This document shows positions 1 to 12,963 of a stretch of 64,000 bases of DNA, piece after piece. The stretch is taken from the NCBI GenBank assembly GCA_010356995.1, contig ML996695.1, positions 939,061 through 1,003,060 of the forward strand, read 5' to 3'. Made by a program: the position numbers and the translations under genes. The DNA is from Trichodelitschia bisporula. Taxonomy: Eukaryota. Each line of letters begins with the position of its first letter. The first letter of the stretch is position 1. Below the pieces are notes generated by a model. The model had not been told where the DNA came from and ran no database searches. It saw only the letters and a list, made by a program, of their open reading frames with translations.

Positions 1-2103
1 CATCGAGCCCGCCGACCGCAATCTTCTTCCCCTCGTTCCTTTCCCACGCACACCGATTCAAGCTGCGCTTCAACCACGCCGCACTCCCGCCCGCGCGCTC
101 ACTCGGCTTCACGCTCGCGACCGGGACCTCGATATCGACGTTCACGTCCCACACCTCGAGGGTGCCCGCACCGTCCACGGCTGCGAACACGCCCGGCCGG
201 ACGGGCGACCACTTCGCGTCGAAGACGAGGTCCTCGCGCGGAAATTCCATGACCGGGCCCTGAACGCTATTCCCGCCCGTCACAGCAGTGCCCAACGCAG
301 CTGGCGGACGCACGCGCCACAGCTTCACACTCCAGTCCATCGACGCCGAGAGGACCAGGTCACCGAGATCGACGGGGCCGCGCGCGGGGTGGAAGTCTAG
401 CGACATGACCGGGGCGGCATGGCCGGTATACCGCACGCGAGCATCGACGCCTGCTTTCGCACCCGCACGCTCGTAGCGGTGGCAGGCGTAAACGGTGCCT
501 TCCTCCGTGCCGGCGAGGAAGTAAGTAGGATCCGCTTGGGGGAAGGCGATGCAGAGCGGGGCGATGTCTTCCGTTTTGGAAGGGGAGGGGGCGAGGAGCT
601 CGAGGTATTCCTGGGGCTGGGCGAGCATGTCGATGGACCAGGAGCAGACTACGCCATCGGTGCTGCAGCTGATGATGTTGTTTGCGTTTTGGGTGCCGAC
701 GATGTCGAGGCTGTAGATTGGGTGGGTGTGGCCTGCGCCTGTCAGGGGCGTTTTTTGTACTGGTGCTGTCGACTTGGAGCGCGTGTCCCAGAGGAGGACT
801 TGGCCGCTGTAGCAGCCGCCGACGATGATGGAGGGGTGGAAGGGGGAGAATTTGGCGGTGAGGATGTCGGAGCTGGCGTGGAAGGTGTATTCGGGTCGAG
901 AAGGCATATGCGCATTCCATATCTGTAGCAGGCCAGACGGATCGTGAGGCGCGGACGGATTCTTGGTGTAGGCCGCAAGTAGCAGCTCGGGGTACTGCAA
1001 TAGTTAGTCAAAGGGAACTGGCGCTGTAAGAGGCACAAACCTTGGGAGAGAATCCAAGGTCGCTGATCATGCGCTTTTTACTCCATCTCTCATCCCAATA
1101 CTGCGCAACCTCCTTTACTCTCCTGCCCTTCTTCACGCGACCCGCTCCGTAACCCTCATCGTCCTCATCCAAGTCGCCTTTGCCCTGGGTGTAGTCGATG
1201 AGGAGGTCGTACTGCTCGTCCAACGCCCTCTCGATGACCTTTGTAGACTGGTCTATGAAGTCTTGGAAATCCCGTGAGCCTGAAACCGCCTCGAGTTCGT
1301 CCGTTGAGAGTGTCCGCGCTGGAAAGCGCTCCAGCTGTTTGGCGTCCGCTGCCGCTTCATCTGCGGGCTTGACGGCAGATTTGACTTCCTCCTCAATCTC
1401 CTTCCTCAGCTCTTGCCGTATCTGCTCCAGCCTATCCTTCTGCCTTCGTCTCCTGGGCGAGCGCCCATCCCCAAGCCAGTCCTCGTCGTCTGAGTCCGGC
1501 TCGTTGTGCCGCCGTTGAGGCTCCCAGTCATCGACCGTTTGCACCGCTTTGCTGTAGGTAACGATCTCGGGCGCTGGCGCCGCGTCTCCAGGGTCCTCAT
1601 AGACGGTATGTAGCGGGGCAACGGAGAGCGTCTGGGTCCCAGAAGCGACGTACGTGGATTCAGACTGCACTGACGCGCCGGCTTGCGACTGGGGCTCATC
1701 GCTACCGCTCGACAGCCGCGGTGTGCTCACCAGGCGGTCATCGCTGAAGGGTCGTGAGCTAACCACGCTCCCGGGTCGACTCCGGCTACCTCCCCGTGGG
1801 CTTGCGGTCTCGCGGGGGCCAACTGAGCTGGAGCGGCTCTCTCCAAGCACACTCGTGAGGATATCGTCAATGTCTCTTTGTCTGGCGGCACGGTTAGGCG
1901 TAGGCTGGATGAGCTATGGAAGCGTTAGCAAGCCAAATGCCAGGAAAGCAGCCGTGGCAGAATAGCAAGCTTACGTCTGCGTGCTCGCCCGACGCTTGCC
2001 GGCTGTTTTGAAGCTCTTGCTGGCGCAGGGCCCGCGTTCGCTTTAGTTCAGCGAGCTTTTCCTTTTTGGCGAGGATTGCCTCGCGCCTGGCTGCGGGATC
2101 CAT
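1..2103 (-). CDS. PAC11: Cytoplasmic dynein intermediate chain (WD40); 3' end runs off the window
   Basis: ATG at 2103 (MDPAARREAILAKKEKLAELKR coiled coil). Introns 1914-1974 and 995-1040 (GT..CTAAC..AG). Conserved IC segments FIDQSTKVIERAL, KRMISDLGFSPKYPELLLAAY, SDILTAKFSPFHP, GHTHPIYSLDIVGTQNANNIISCSTDG. Confidence 0.93.
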
Positions 2104-2678
2104 GGTGACAGCGACTAATGGGTGTTGGAGAAGGTAATGGAGGATTGTTGGCTTCGCATTCAACTGTACACGATGAAGGCGCGCTCCTGGTGGATCATCA
2201 AATGCGGCCTTGGTCCGGGGGGTTGTTTAGGCACCAAGGCTTCAAGGCACGAAGTGAGCGCCAAGGCCAAACGGGGAGCATCCGAATACCAGCAGGATGA
2301 ATTGCGCTTTTGCGCTTCAGAGGGGAAAGATTTGATGGAAACTCGGTGTAAATATTCTTGACGATGAATAAGATAACCTAGTTTGCTTTCGTCTTGCTGC
2401 TACAATGCACTGACTCAAACAAAGTGAGCATCTGGTCCGGGATCAAACAAAACGCTCGGCTGGATCCGCTGCCCGTCTTGCGGGCGCCGCTCGAGCCACG
2501 GGAAAATCGCGGCCAAGCGTCTGGCGCAGAGCAACTTGCAACTTCGTCAATCCTCAAAGCCCAACTTCGCACCTACTCCGTCCGCCCGCGCCCACCTCCA
2601 TTCCCTCACTTAGCTTCTGTCAAGCCATTGATAGAAGGCCAATTCTCCTCCTGGGTTCGGATCCATTCTTAGATCCTC

Positions 2679-3188
2679 ATGGCTTCCACCAGTCTCAACG
2701 TAAGGCCTTTCCTCCTCCCATGCCCACTTCCGGCAGCCCACTCTCTCGGTCCCAATTGGCATCGCATCGCCACGATATCGTCCAATTTGCAGTTGCTAAT
2801 CGCTTCTTTGCAGGTCCTCCGCTGGTCGGCGCTCGGCGTCGGTGTCTTCTACGGCGCCTACCATCAGTCGAAGATCTCGGCACGCGACCGCGCCGTTGCT
2901 GCCAAAGCCGCCTACGAGAACAAGGCCCGCTTAATATCCCAGGCGAAGGCCGAGTACACCAAGAAGACCCAGCCGGCTCATGCTCAGGCTTCGGGATCGA
3001 CTGGCTCAGGATTTGACTGTACGTCCATTATTCTCCTACCCGAGGTCGGGTGATACAAGGGTGAAGGCCGCAAATGTGGCCTTTTGCCGGGGTGTAGCGC
3101 TCTTTGCAGACATATTAACGGTTGGACAGTCACGAAGCAGTCGAGCGGCCCCGATTTCGACTTAGAAGCCTTTCTGCACCTGAAATAA
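2679..3188 (+). CDS. ATP21: Mitochondrial ATP synthase subunit e (Atp21/Tim11)
   Basis: Introns 2700-2813 and 3019-3129 give MASTSLNVLRWSALGVGVFYGAYHQ...AKAEY...PDFDLEAFLHLK*. The N-terminal TM segment with GxxxG is typical of subunit e. Confidence 0.88.
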
Positions 3189-3522
3189 AAAGACTGAGCG
3201 GCGACAGGTGGTGGGATGGCGCTCGGTGGGTTTCATAGCTCATCGGCGGTACATGGTACGAGAGTTCATGAATAGATTTCCTGGGAGGAGCGCCCGATGC
3301 CATAGTAGCCAGGCGGTCGCGAGCTTCTGGTATCATCTGTACCTAAACTGTACAACATAGAGTATTGTCCCTTTCGACCCAGATAATCCCTGGTTTGCTT
3401 CCACAATGAAGTGTCGTGTTGGACGACGAAGCAACTCATAAGTATGTCCACGTCCATCATCACCATCAAATCCCTATCCTACAAAGGCGAGCAGAGCACT
3501 TCCGCAAGCCAACACTGAACGC

Positions 3523-5898
3523 CTAAAAGTGCTCAGAAGAAAACAGCCCGTTCTTCCTCCTCTCCGCGCCCCATTGGTCTGCCCAGTAACGCATCATCTG
3601 TCGACTCTTCGCGCTTCCGGTATTAACTGTCGGGATAATGCGGTCAATATGCAGTGCACAACAAAACATGGTGAGCTCCCGGAAGCTGCTGTGCTCGGAA
3701 TATGGAACCCCAAAGCAGGCTGCCCGCTTGGTACTTCCCCTCTGAGGACCCATGTTGTTCACCGCGTACCTGCTCTTCCAGTTTTGCCCAAAGAGCACCG
3801 TCTTGACCGTGAGGTTAGTCATCGAGCGACCAGTCGGCGGACGATAGTTCCATCCCGAGGGACGAAAGCCAACTATGCTCTGAAAGCAGTCCTGAAAGTC
3901 CTGAAGATAGGCGTCCAGAGTCTGAGGCTGAAGCTCAGATAACGGAGCCATGTGGACCTGAGCCTCACGTGGATTGCTCGTAAGGAGCTCATCCAGCTCC
4001 GGGTCCTCAAGGCAGGCACATATGCGCCGCTTCGGAGTCGAGGCAAAGATTTTGGATTTCAGAGCCTTGGCTATGGCGATGCATATTTTCTCTTTGCCGA
4101 TGCTGTAGGTCCCCACGACGATGAGAAGGCGGCCTTGATTTCGCTTGATGTCACTTTTCCCTCCAGCTAGCGGCGCTGCAGTGTCACCATTCTTGACAAA
4201 CTGAGCCAGGCCGCCTTCTTGTTTCGTGCCTTTTAATAGGTTGCTCGTCGAATTATTCAGAGAAACAGACATATCCACACAGGCCTGGACGACGTCTTCT
4301 TGGGGTGGAAAGGCATATTTAGGATTGAGGTATGTCGTGTCCAGATAACAGACATCAATCTTTTGAAGCTTCGTCTTGCCGCTGGTAGGGCAAGGGATGC
4401 TGGGACACAGATGGGGATGTTCAACGTGAGATCGACACGCTCGAAAATCTCCGCAATGAAGCACTCGCCGTTTCTTCGGGTTCGGACCTTTCCCAAGAGC
4501 TTTCTGGAAGAGGAAAAGTGAGCTGCCAGGACAATGGTTCGCAGGAATCATGATCACGGTAACTCCGCCAGTACCGGGGACTTCCGTCTCCTGCTCAAAA
4601 TCCAGGTCCACAACCCATTTGGGATCGACTCTGAGTTGTTGGCGCACCAGGTTTCCCGTCGCCCGGCTGCAATATATTGGCCCATGGCACCACTTTCCCG
4701 AGAGACCGATGTAGTGATCACTGTGAAAATGAGAAAGGAAGTAGGCCTGGCAACCCTCCACAGCCCCATAACGGAATGCGTCAACACAGATGGCGAACCC
4801 GGGAAGGATCTTGTAAAACGGACATGTACGCTCGAACGAACGCTTGCCACGTGAAGCTTCTTCCGAGGCGGCGGCATTGGCCCAGGCCGCATCTTCGGCA
4901 TTGCTCGCCATCAATTTAGAGAAAGCGGAAGGCTGGCCCGCATGAACGGAATTAAGAGGAAAGGGACTGGGTTGAGCGGGCTTTGGCGGGGTGTGACCCG
5001 GTGGAAGACGCTCCGCATCGCATCCAAGCTGACCAACTGTGGCAGAGGCTGACGTCTTACTTATTGTGGTAGTGATCTTGCCGTCCAAGCACTTGTTGAC
5101 GTGTATTGATACCTGTTCCTCTGAGAAATTGATGAACTGGAGGCCGCAGATCGGGCAATCCGATATGGGAGACTTGCTGAGGCTAAAAATATCGGGATCT
5201 GGTGGGAATTGACTGTCGAGCTCCTCGGGGTTTACTTCACACTCGTCATTCGCTGCCTCTCGGTGTTCCAGCTCTTCGACCCACCTCCTTTCCTGGAACT
5301 CTTCGCCCTCAAGCTCGTTGCCTTCAAAATCCTCTTGGTCTTCGAATCCTTCGAAGTCCCCCTCTGCATCTTCGAGGGCAGAGGACGAGCCTGACCGCCC
5401 ATTAACGCCCTCCACTTGTGTTGCAACCGGCAAATTCCCACCATCCGTCTCGTCTCGTTGGGCAACAGGTAGAGACGGCATAGGGTCGTATCCTCCGATA
5501 AGAGAAGTGGCTGTCTTCCGTGCGTCCTTCGATGGTGCATCTTCATCCTCGCTTTCGGAGTCTTCCGTAAAGGGTCCCTTGACCTTGCGGGCGGTCGGTG
5601 GCGCATCCTTCACGTCCGAAGCCGAAACATTCGTGGGTCCCTTATCGAGGGCTGCAAGTTGCTGGTCTTGAACCGACGGAGGAGGAGTACAGGCTTCGGC
5701 CGGTGATGCAGCCTCATGCGTCAAAGGATCTCTTGTGTCTTCGACCTTTCTCCGCTTGACAGAGGAGTTCTGACGCTCGGGAACAAACAGCTCCGATTCA
5801 GCCGGCTCCGTCTTTTGAAAGAAGCTGAGGATGCTCTTATTCGGCTTTGCCCCTGGGTATTTCGCGATCTTGCTCGCTCGGAAGTTTTTGGGAGGCAT
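3523..5898 (-). CDS. PSO2: DNA interstrand cross-link repair nuclease Pso2/Snm1 (UBZ zinc finger + MBL/beta-CASP)
   Basis: Intronless ORF with CPIC...HVNKCLD zinc finger, FLSHFHSDHY, PANHCPGS, LHCGDFR, LDTTY, GTYSIGKE and VPYSEHSSF. Start taken at MPPKNF (5898); an upstream in-frame ATG exists at 6117. Confidence 0.93.
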   Translation of the reverse strand: MPPKNFRASKIAKYPGAKPNKSILSFFQKTEPAESELFVPERQNSSVKRRKVEDTRDPLTHEAASPAEACTPPPSVQDQQLAALDKGPTNVSASDVKDAPPTARKVKGPFTEDSESEDEDAPSKDARKTATSLIGGYDPMPSLPVAQRDETDGGNLPVATQVEGVNGRSGSSSALEDAEGDFEGFEDQEDFEGNELEGEEFQERRWVEELEHREAANDECEVNPEELDSQFPPDPDIFSLSKSPISDCPICGLQFINFSEEQVSIHVNKCLDGKITTTISKTSASATVGQLGCDAERLPPGHTPPKPAQPSPFPLNSVHAGQPSAFSKLMASNAEDAAWANAAASEEASRGKRSFERTCPFYKILPGFAICVDAFRYGAVEGCQAYFLSHFHSDHYIGLSGKWCHGPIYCSRATGNLVRQQLRVDPKWVVDLDFEQETEVPGTGGVTVIMIPANHCPGSSLFLFQKALGKGPNPKKRRVLHCGDFRACRSHVEHPHLCPSIPCPTSGKTKLQKIDVCYLDTTYLNPKYAFPPQEDVVQACVDMSVSLNNSTSNLLKGTKQEGGLAQFVKNGDTAAPLAGGKSDIKRNQGRLLIVVGTYSIGKEKICIAIAKALKSKIFASTPKRRICACLEDPELDELLTSNPREAQVHMAPLSELQPQTLDAYLQDFQDCFQSIVGFRPSGWNYRPPTGRSMTNLTVKTVLFGQNWKSRYAVNNMGPQRGSTKRAACFGVPYSEHSSFRELTMFCCALHIDRIIPTVNTGSAKSRQMMRYWADQWGAERRKNGLFSSEHF

Positions 5899-6572
5899 GG
5901 GGCCGGGTGAGGAGGACTTCACCCGCGCAAGAGTGAAGGCGAATTGAAAGACGCAGAGGTGGGATGGGCGTATACTCGTAGAAGGTGAGCGAGCGGTGGG
6001 GAAGGAAGATAGGCCTCCGAGAATCAAGAAACCGGTCAGAAGGTTGAGTGTTGACGGCACGTCGAGTCGTGGGCGCAGATTCTGGCGAAGTTTGGGACTC
6101 GGTGAAGTCGGACGCATCGCGGGGCTTGGGTGGAGGAGCGCGGTGTCACGTTGTCGCGTGTTCCGGTGACCGGCAACGTCCCGTAGATCAGTTTGTCACG
6201 AGTATCGTCACCGCTACTTCAAAAGTGCCTTCGATAATAGAATCGTGGTTTCCAACTTTGAGGGCTCTAACTAACGCCTTCAGCGGCAGCTAGACAGTCT
6301 ACTCATCCCTTCCTCCAATTCATACTGTATAGTCCTTCCCAGGTCAGGCGAGCCGCCATGAACCAGAGGGATGGCTACAATAACGACGGACAACTGTGAT
6401 GCAGAACATCATGGGAAAACTTTATGCATGGTACAAGTCAACCTCGCTGCCTGGATATTCAATGTGTGATGTACGAAACTTGAGAAGGAAGCCGAAATGA
6501 TATCATACAGCTCCCACATGTGGCATTAAAACGCGTCAGATAGATCTCTACGAGCATTACCAACCCAAAGCA

Positions 6573-7754
6573 TTACTGACCCTTCTTGTCGGTCTTTTGC
6601 GCATTCGCCTCGGCCTCCCGTCGTAAAAGGTCCTTCATCCCGCGCTTGATCCCCTCCTCAATGTCCACAATGGGTTCATACCCAAGCCTCTTCTTGGCCT
6701 TGTCGATAGAGTAATAGCGCGACATAGCGCTGAAGCGCACCTTGGATCTATCGAGATTCGGTGTCTTGCCGAAGATCCAGAAGATCCACTCCATGATCCC
6801 GGCAATCAGCAGCCCCAGGGAGGTGCTGAGGATCCAGATTTTGCTCGGGTCAACAGCAACCTTGTCGCCCGCTTCCCTCCAGACTGTCCGTGCAAAGTCC
6901 CAGAAGTATACCGGCTGGTCGTTGGTGATGAAGAAAGCCTCACCATCAACTCTCTCCGAGTCCAGCGGGGCCACGGACAGCTTGTGGGTGTGCATGAGGG
7001 CGACCGCGGCAAGCAAGTGGGCGTAGGCAACATTTCCCACATACGTGAAGTCGAATAAGTTGTTGTTGGGCCCGAGTTGGAACTTCGACTGTCCTTTTCG
7101 GCTCGCCGTCAGCATTCCCGGAAGCGCCTGAACATCGCCTTCTCCAAAAATTCCGGCGGGGCGAATGGCACATGTGAGCAATGTCGCTGGCGTGCGATTC
7201 GCTGCAAGCACAGCCTTCTCTGCAAGAACCTGAAATACAATAAGTTGCTGGCATCAAGTACGAATGTAGGGCCTTCATACCTTGGTCGTGGTGTAATACT
7301 CAGGCTGCGCATCGCCATACACAACCGGCCAGCGCTCGTCCGCATTGATGATGTCGGTCCCCACAGGTCCCATAATTGCGCTCGCAGAGCTCGTGTATAC
7401 AAACGCCCTGGTCCCATACTCTTGCGCTGCCTTCAGGAGGTTGTCGGTGCCGACCACGTTCACGCGGTACATGAGTTCGTTCTGGGGCCCGGAGAATACG
7501 GGGCTCGCGGTATGGATGACGACATCGGGCTTCGTTTTAGCGAAAATCTCGCGAACAGTTTCGAGGTTGGTGATGTCGCAATCGTAATAGGAAATTCGGG
7601 GGCTGTCGATTCGGTTGCGGTTCGTGAAAAGGTCCAGGACCGACACCCGAGTCTCCACATTGTGCGAAAGCTGTTGAACGATGTGGTGACCGAGGAAGCC
7701 GCAGCCGCCAACAACAACAACGTGCCCGAGAGAACCCTGGAGTAAATCGGCCAT
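6573..7754 (-). CDS. ERG26: C-3 sterol dehydrogenase / sterol-4-alpha-carboxylate 3-dehydrogenase
   Basis: GGCGFLG Rossmann motif, VIHTASP, FVYTSSAS, YTTTK (YxxxK), IRPAGIFGEGD, FDFTYVGNVAYAH, GEAFFITND. One intron 7230-7280. Confidence 0.92.
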
Positions 7755-8300
7755 TATGTCAATTTTGTTGCAACTTTGACTCGGCGACGTTCCCCGGATT
7801 CTCTGTGCAGGAGGTGTGCGGCGACGATCCACCCCGGTCCCACAAGAACTGTGCAGGGGAAAGGTGGGTGTTGTTTAGTATAGCGCTGGCTGTCCCATAC
7901 CAACAAAACATATCATAAACTTTTGGACGTCAGCCGTCAGCTGGATCGCACGTTCGCGCTGTAATGCATTACTACCGGAACCAGAATCCCAATGAAACCT
8001 GGAAGACATACATCGTTCCGTTATTTCTCGGTGTCATCTTAGCTCAATATATATGCCAACCATGCCGGCAACTTTCATAAACACCAGCACCTCCACCATT
8101 CGAGAAGGACGACAACCTTCAAACGGAGCGTACAGTCACACATTCTCCCATGAACAATTGTTTGTTGCAAAGAATAGGCCGAAAATTGTCATAAAATCGC
8201 ATGCTAGCCCATCCGCCTGCGTCTCCAGCTACCAGAACGCCCCAATCGACGTGGCCATCGTCAGAAGCCTCTGATGCGGCCAAAGAAAACCCCGTGGCTA

Positions 8301-9128
8301 TCACTTCGTAACATCTTTCAGGAACTCTTCCAATATCTCAACGTACCGGTCCGGCTGTCCCCAAAATGGGGCGTGTAATCCACCCTCCAGCTCTACCGTC
8401 TTTCCTTTCCAGAGGTTCTTATACTCAATCTTCTTGACCCAGTCAAGATTCACAAATGGTTCATCCGCTCCATTAACCACTGCAATCGGAACATCGCTCT
8501 GCTTCATGAGCTCCCGCTGGCTGCTGCATTCGCCCTTACCGAAACCGTGAAACATGATGCTGCGTGCTCTTCCATCTGTTCGGACGACCGCCTCCTTCAT
8601 CCAATCTTCATATGGCGGATCTGCTGACCCGTGTGCAAATCCTTCGATCTCCTCCGGTGACAAAACCTCCTTCGCAGCCATGGCATCACGCCATCCTCCA
8701 GGTCCGAATTTGAACCCAAGATCCAGCTCTCCAAGGTCGACGGGTGGTGTGCCGGTAATGACCAGACCCTTGAGACCTGGGAATATCGGGATCATTTCCA
8801 TGCCGATATGCCCGCCCAGGGACCAGCCGACAACAACGGCCTCCTTGACTTCGAGCTTGTCGAGTAGCTGGACCGCGGCATCAGCGTATGCGGGCTGGGT
8901 GTAGTCGGCCTCTAGGTTCGGGGCATTAGACGAATCTCCGTGCCCTGGGAGGTCGAAGGCGATGATTTGGTGAGTATTGGAGATAGAGCTGTTGATGATA
9001 TGGCGGAAGATCTTCTTGCACGATGAATTGCCGTGAATGAGGAGGACAGCCGGACTCCCTGAGCCGATTGTGCTGACGGCCAATGTTCCATGCGTTGTCT
9101 CGACCTTGAATTCCTGAGGCTCAGCCAT
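8301..9128 (-). CDS. Alpha/beta-fold hydrolase
   Basis: Intronless ORF MAEPQEFKVETTHG..., HGNSS oxyanion region, DLPGHG, GWSLGG nucleophile elbow, acid near NGADEP, His in GLHAPFW. Confidence 0.88.
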   Translation of the reverse strand: MAEPQEFKVETTHGTLAVSTIGSGSPAVLLIHGNSSCKKIFRHIINSSISNTHQIIAFDLPGHGDSSNAPNLEADYTQPAYADAAVQLLDKLEVKEAVVVGWSLGGHIGMEMIPIFPGLKGLVITGTPPVDLGELDLGFKFGPGGWRDAMAAKEVLSPEEIEGFAHGSADPPYEDWMKEAVVRTDGRARSIMFHGFGKGECSSQRELMKQSDVPIAVVNGADEPFVNLDWVKKIEYKNLWKGKTVELEGGLHAPFWGQPDRYVEILEEFLKDVTK

Positions 9129-10493
9129 GGTTCTGTTCGTCTGTCTATTCGAACGATCTCGCTGATGTTGGAGTTCAAAATCGGTAACGTTGGACGATGA
9201 TGTTGCAAGTTGCAAAGCTGCTTGTTGACACTAACTGTACAGTAAGTGACGCAAACCCCTCACTTGAGCACGGTTGTGAGAATACCGTATTGTGACTTCC
9301 TGATATGCGCTTGCGTGACAATTGGTTCTCCATCCTCTCAGCCGCTTTCGGTTAAGCGCGAGGTGGGGTAATCCCGCTGCAATCACCTCATTTGGCAAGT
9401 TCAATGTCAATATACATGTCGTCGCTAGGACGACGCTGTGTTGTTTGCGGTCGATTCGCTTTCTGAAATCTATTCCACCATGATATCGCCCATCCTGGAC
9501 ATGTAACAGCAGCCTTGTGTCCTGGACAGCAAGAGGAGGGCCTATTTCGGGAAGGCAATCCCCACGTCGACACGAAGGATCGAAGATGCCCCACGACAGC
9601 GACGCGGGCGTCTTAATCGGGCAAAGTAGTTACGCCAACTCCTACGTTGCGATAAACTTCATTTACCCTGACGCCTTCAACTGTGAGCGGGGCAACGTGG
9701 ACCAATACGCCTCCCCTGAACCATCGACGGACGATGCACATTGGGCGACGCTCATGCACCTGACCAAATGAGGGTGTCACGATGCTTTCGTATTCTCATC
9801 GACCAGCTAATGAAATGCATGAAGCTCGCTAGGTGCGCTCGTGATGCTAGTTACGATATTGAGCAAGATTGAATACTCGCCGAGCTTGGGCTATGGCGCG
9901 GTGAGGGGTATAAGCTCAAAGGAATAGAAAATGGGGAAGGGAATGAAAAAGACCAAGAAGATCTGGAGGCACGAAATGGAAGCATTGCCTGCGGTGGCAA
10001 TGTACCACTATGCCATTCCGACCGAAGGGGCTCTGATACTGTGGGGCCAACATATCAAAAGCCACGCCACGGGGAGGTTGAATATCCAGAGTCGACAGTG
10101 CCTTCACTTCCAAATGCCACGATGCTTACCACATCAAGCAGTCTAAGTGGTGCCTACCCCACGGTTAAACCAATCATCACTTCACCCCACCTTCAAATCG
10201 TAGAATAGCGCGAGTAGTATGCATCCACGTTGGATCTATCGAGGATGTGGTTAGTTGCGAACTTGCAACTCTCGTGGCAGCTGCCAGAATGCAGCAACCG
10301 GTGAGGATTTATACCGGCGGCCTCTTTCGAAATTGTCTGTATGCAGCCATCAGCATCCGCACCCAAAGCCCAACATCCCCATTCGAGGTATGTGCCCTGG
10401 CCGGTTCCCCTCTTGCATTACTTGGAGCCCAACAGGCGTTCGCAGCTGGTCTCGCCATACGTTGAACGACTTCACAACTCTGACATCTCCGCC

Positions 10494-11062
10494 ATGGACT
10501 CCATCACCCCAAGTCAGTCAGCCTCGCAAGCGGCTTCCCGCCCTAAGACACGTCGTCGACGCACCTCGGACAGTGGGCAGAAACGCTCCCGCCGCGGTAG
10601 CACCGACAGCGGTTCCACACAACCCGGTAGATGCTCTTGCGGAGCCCAACTCCACGCATCGCCGGGCTCGCGTCGACGGAAGCGGCGCAGCAGCGGAGAC
10701 AGCAGCGCGGAGAAGGTCGCTGCTGTTCCCCCCATCAGCGAAGTCCCCTTCAGTGAGGTCCCTGTCAGCGAGGATCCGGAAACCGAGGCTCCTATCCCAG
10801 ACGTGGCGGACGGGGTCGAGGACGTCGGCCTTGGTGCAACCGAGATGAGAGGGGGTTCAAGCGCCTCCGACGACGGTCAGTACATGTGCACCTTTGGCTA
10901 CTGTAAGGCTAATGGACAGTAGACGGTCGCCCCAGCAAGCGCATGCGGCGTCGGCTTTCCTGGACGGAAACTCTCAGCTCCAGCAAGGCCAGCAAGTCCA
11001 GTAACAGGATTCGCTTCGGACTATCGCTACTTCAGTTTGGAAGAACTCGAAGGGGCCGATAA
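10494..11062 (+). CDS. Hypothetical Arg/Ser-rich disordered protein
   Basis: gccATG start. Intron 10876-10922 (GTCAGT..GCTAAT..TAG) keeps the frame to TAA at 11060-11062. No recognisable domain. Confidence 0.5.
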
Positions 11063-11899
11063 GCTTACGTCGGGGTGAAGGATGCTCGCGCACTTTTGCT
11101 CTCGTTTTATTTCCTTGATTCATGATACCCGGTGTGCGATACCACGCGGCTCAAGGGCCTGCAGCATCCCCGGCAGGGGATTTTTTTTTCTTGTTGTGTT
11201 TGATACCAGACAAGCTTGTAATCCCCGTGGCCGGCGCCTCTGGGGGTGCAAATGATGCGAGTGGCTCGAAATTGACTTGGATTGTAACCGTGCTGGTCAG
11301 GGGAACTGTTGAGCAGTTGAACTCAGTCAAATCAATGCCAGTCAATAAGCAAATCCTGATCGTGAAAGCGGCCTTTCCCACTAGTCACCAAGGAGAAATC
11401 GTATGAGTGATGAACCATCACCAACCCCTTGATCGTATGGTATCCTTTGTTATACCCATGGAAAGGTATGCAAGGCATAGTGGTAGATATTTGGGGAGAG
11501 TGCTCTTGAGGCTTGGCCGGTGTGGTTCAAGATGGTGACACAGGCCCGTGCGTCATGGTGTTTCCAGATCGACTGACGACAGCTGCTGGCTTGTGAGAGG
11601 CGGAGCTCGCCGGCAACGCCCTCGAGCTTCATCTTCGGGTCACCTTCAATATCGCTTCGATTCATTGAGACCAGAAATCCTTTTGAATTACCGCTTTACG
11701 TCAATAGCGTAACCCTTCGCCGAGCACCTGCTTCCTCTTATTTCCGGGCGTCATGTTGGCCAGCTCCCGAGCTTATTCCCACCTTAGCTCTCGCCCCCGC
11801 TCCAACATACCCGTACCTTAGTATCAGAAGACAATTGCTCTTGCTCTCTCGCTCCTTTACTCCGCTTCACTCCTAAAATTTGCAGCCAGTTCACCTGTC

Positions 11900-12963
11900 A
11901 TGGCTGCTCCCGTCATCCGACGAGCTCTGCTCTACGGTACGCGATCCCTGACTTCTGGCGCCCTTCTAACAATCCGTGACAGTTCCTGGATCTTCGAAGA
12001 AATTCTTGGAGAAGTCAAGAGGTCTCAATGTCGATTGCGCGGCATATGACCTCGAAGACTCTGTGACGCTCGGCAAGAAAGCTGAGGCGCGCTCCGCATT
12101 ACGCCAATTCTTGGAACAACCTCGACCAAGCGGCATCCGCGAGATGGCAGTTCGCATCAACTCTGTAGATAGTGGCCTCGCACTAGCTGATTTGACTGAA
12201 GTGGTAAGTATTGGAGGCGAGAGCTTCGGTTGTAGACTAAGTGTCTCGTCCACAGCTTCAAGCCCCGAACTTGGATGCCATTGTTGTCCCGAAAGTCAAC
12301 TCAGCATCCGATCTCCATTTCGTTACAGACGTTATCCGAGGCGCGCTGCCAGAAAGACATCCCTACACACCTTCCTCCTCTCATCAGCAACATCAACCTC
12401 TTCGGATCATTGCCCTCATCGAATCCGCACGCGCACTCTCCAACCTTTCTGAGATCTGCAAGGCGTCGCCCTATCTTTCTGGGCTCGTCTTCGCGGCAGA
12501 GGACTTTGCGCTCGACCTTTCGCTCACGCGCACGCCTTCTTTAACCGAGTTCCTTTTTGCTCGATCCGCAATTGCGACGGCAGCTCGTGCCCACGACCTC
12601 CCGTCGACCATCGATCTGGTGTGCACAGCCTACAAGGGTGAAGAGGGACGCAAACGCCTCGAGGAGGAGTGTATCAGCGGCAAAGGGCTCGGCTTCAACG
12701 GAAAGCAGTGCATACACCCCACACAGGTGGAAGCTTGTCAGCAGCTGTATTCCCCGAGCAAAGAGGAGGCGGAATGGGCTGTCCGGGTTGTGATTGCGGA
12801 CAAGAAGGCAGACCAACAGGGACGAGGGGCCTGGACTCTGGACGGGAAGATGATTGACGTCCCTGTAGTTGGCAAGGCGAAAGCTATCGTTGCAAAGGCG
12901 GAGCTGTGTGGCTTCGACGTTGACGAGCTTCGCCAGAAATGGGCCCTTCAGGAGCCTGAATGA
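11900..12963 (+). CDS. CitE/CLYBL-like HpcH/HpaI-family acyl-CoA lyase (citramalyl-CoA lyase-like)
   Basis: Introns 11937-11982 and 12204-12255 give [62 protein letters not shown]. Confidence 0.9.
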
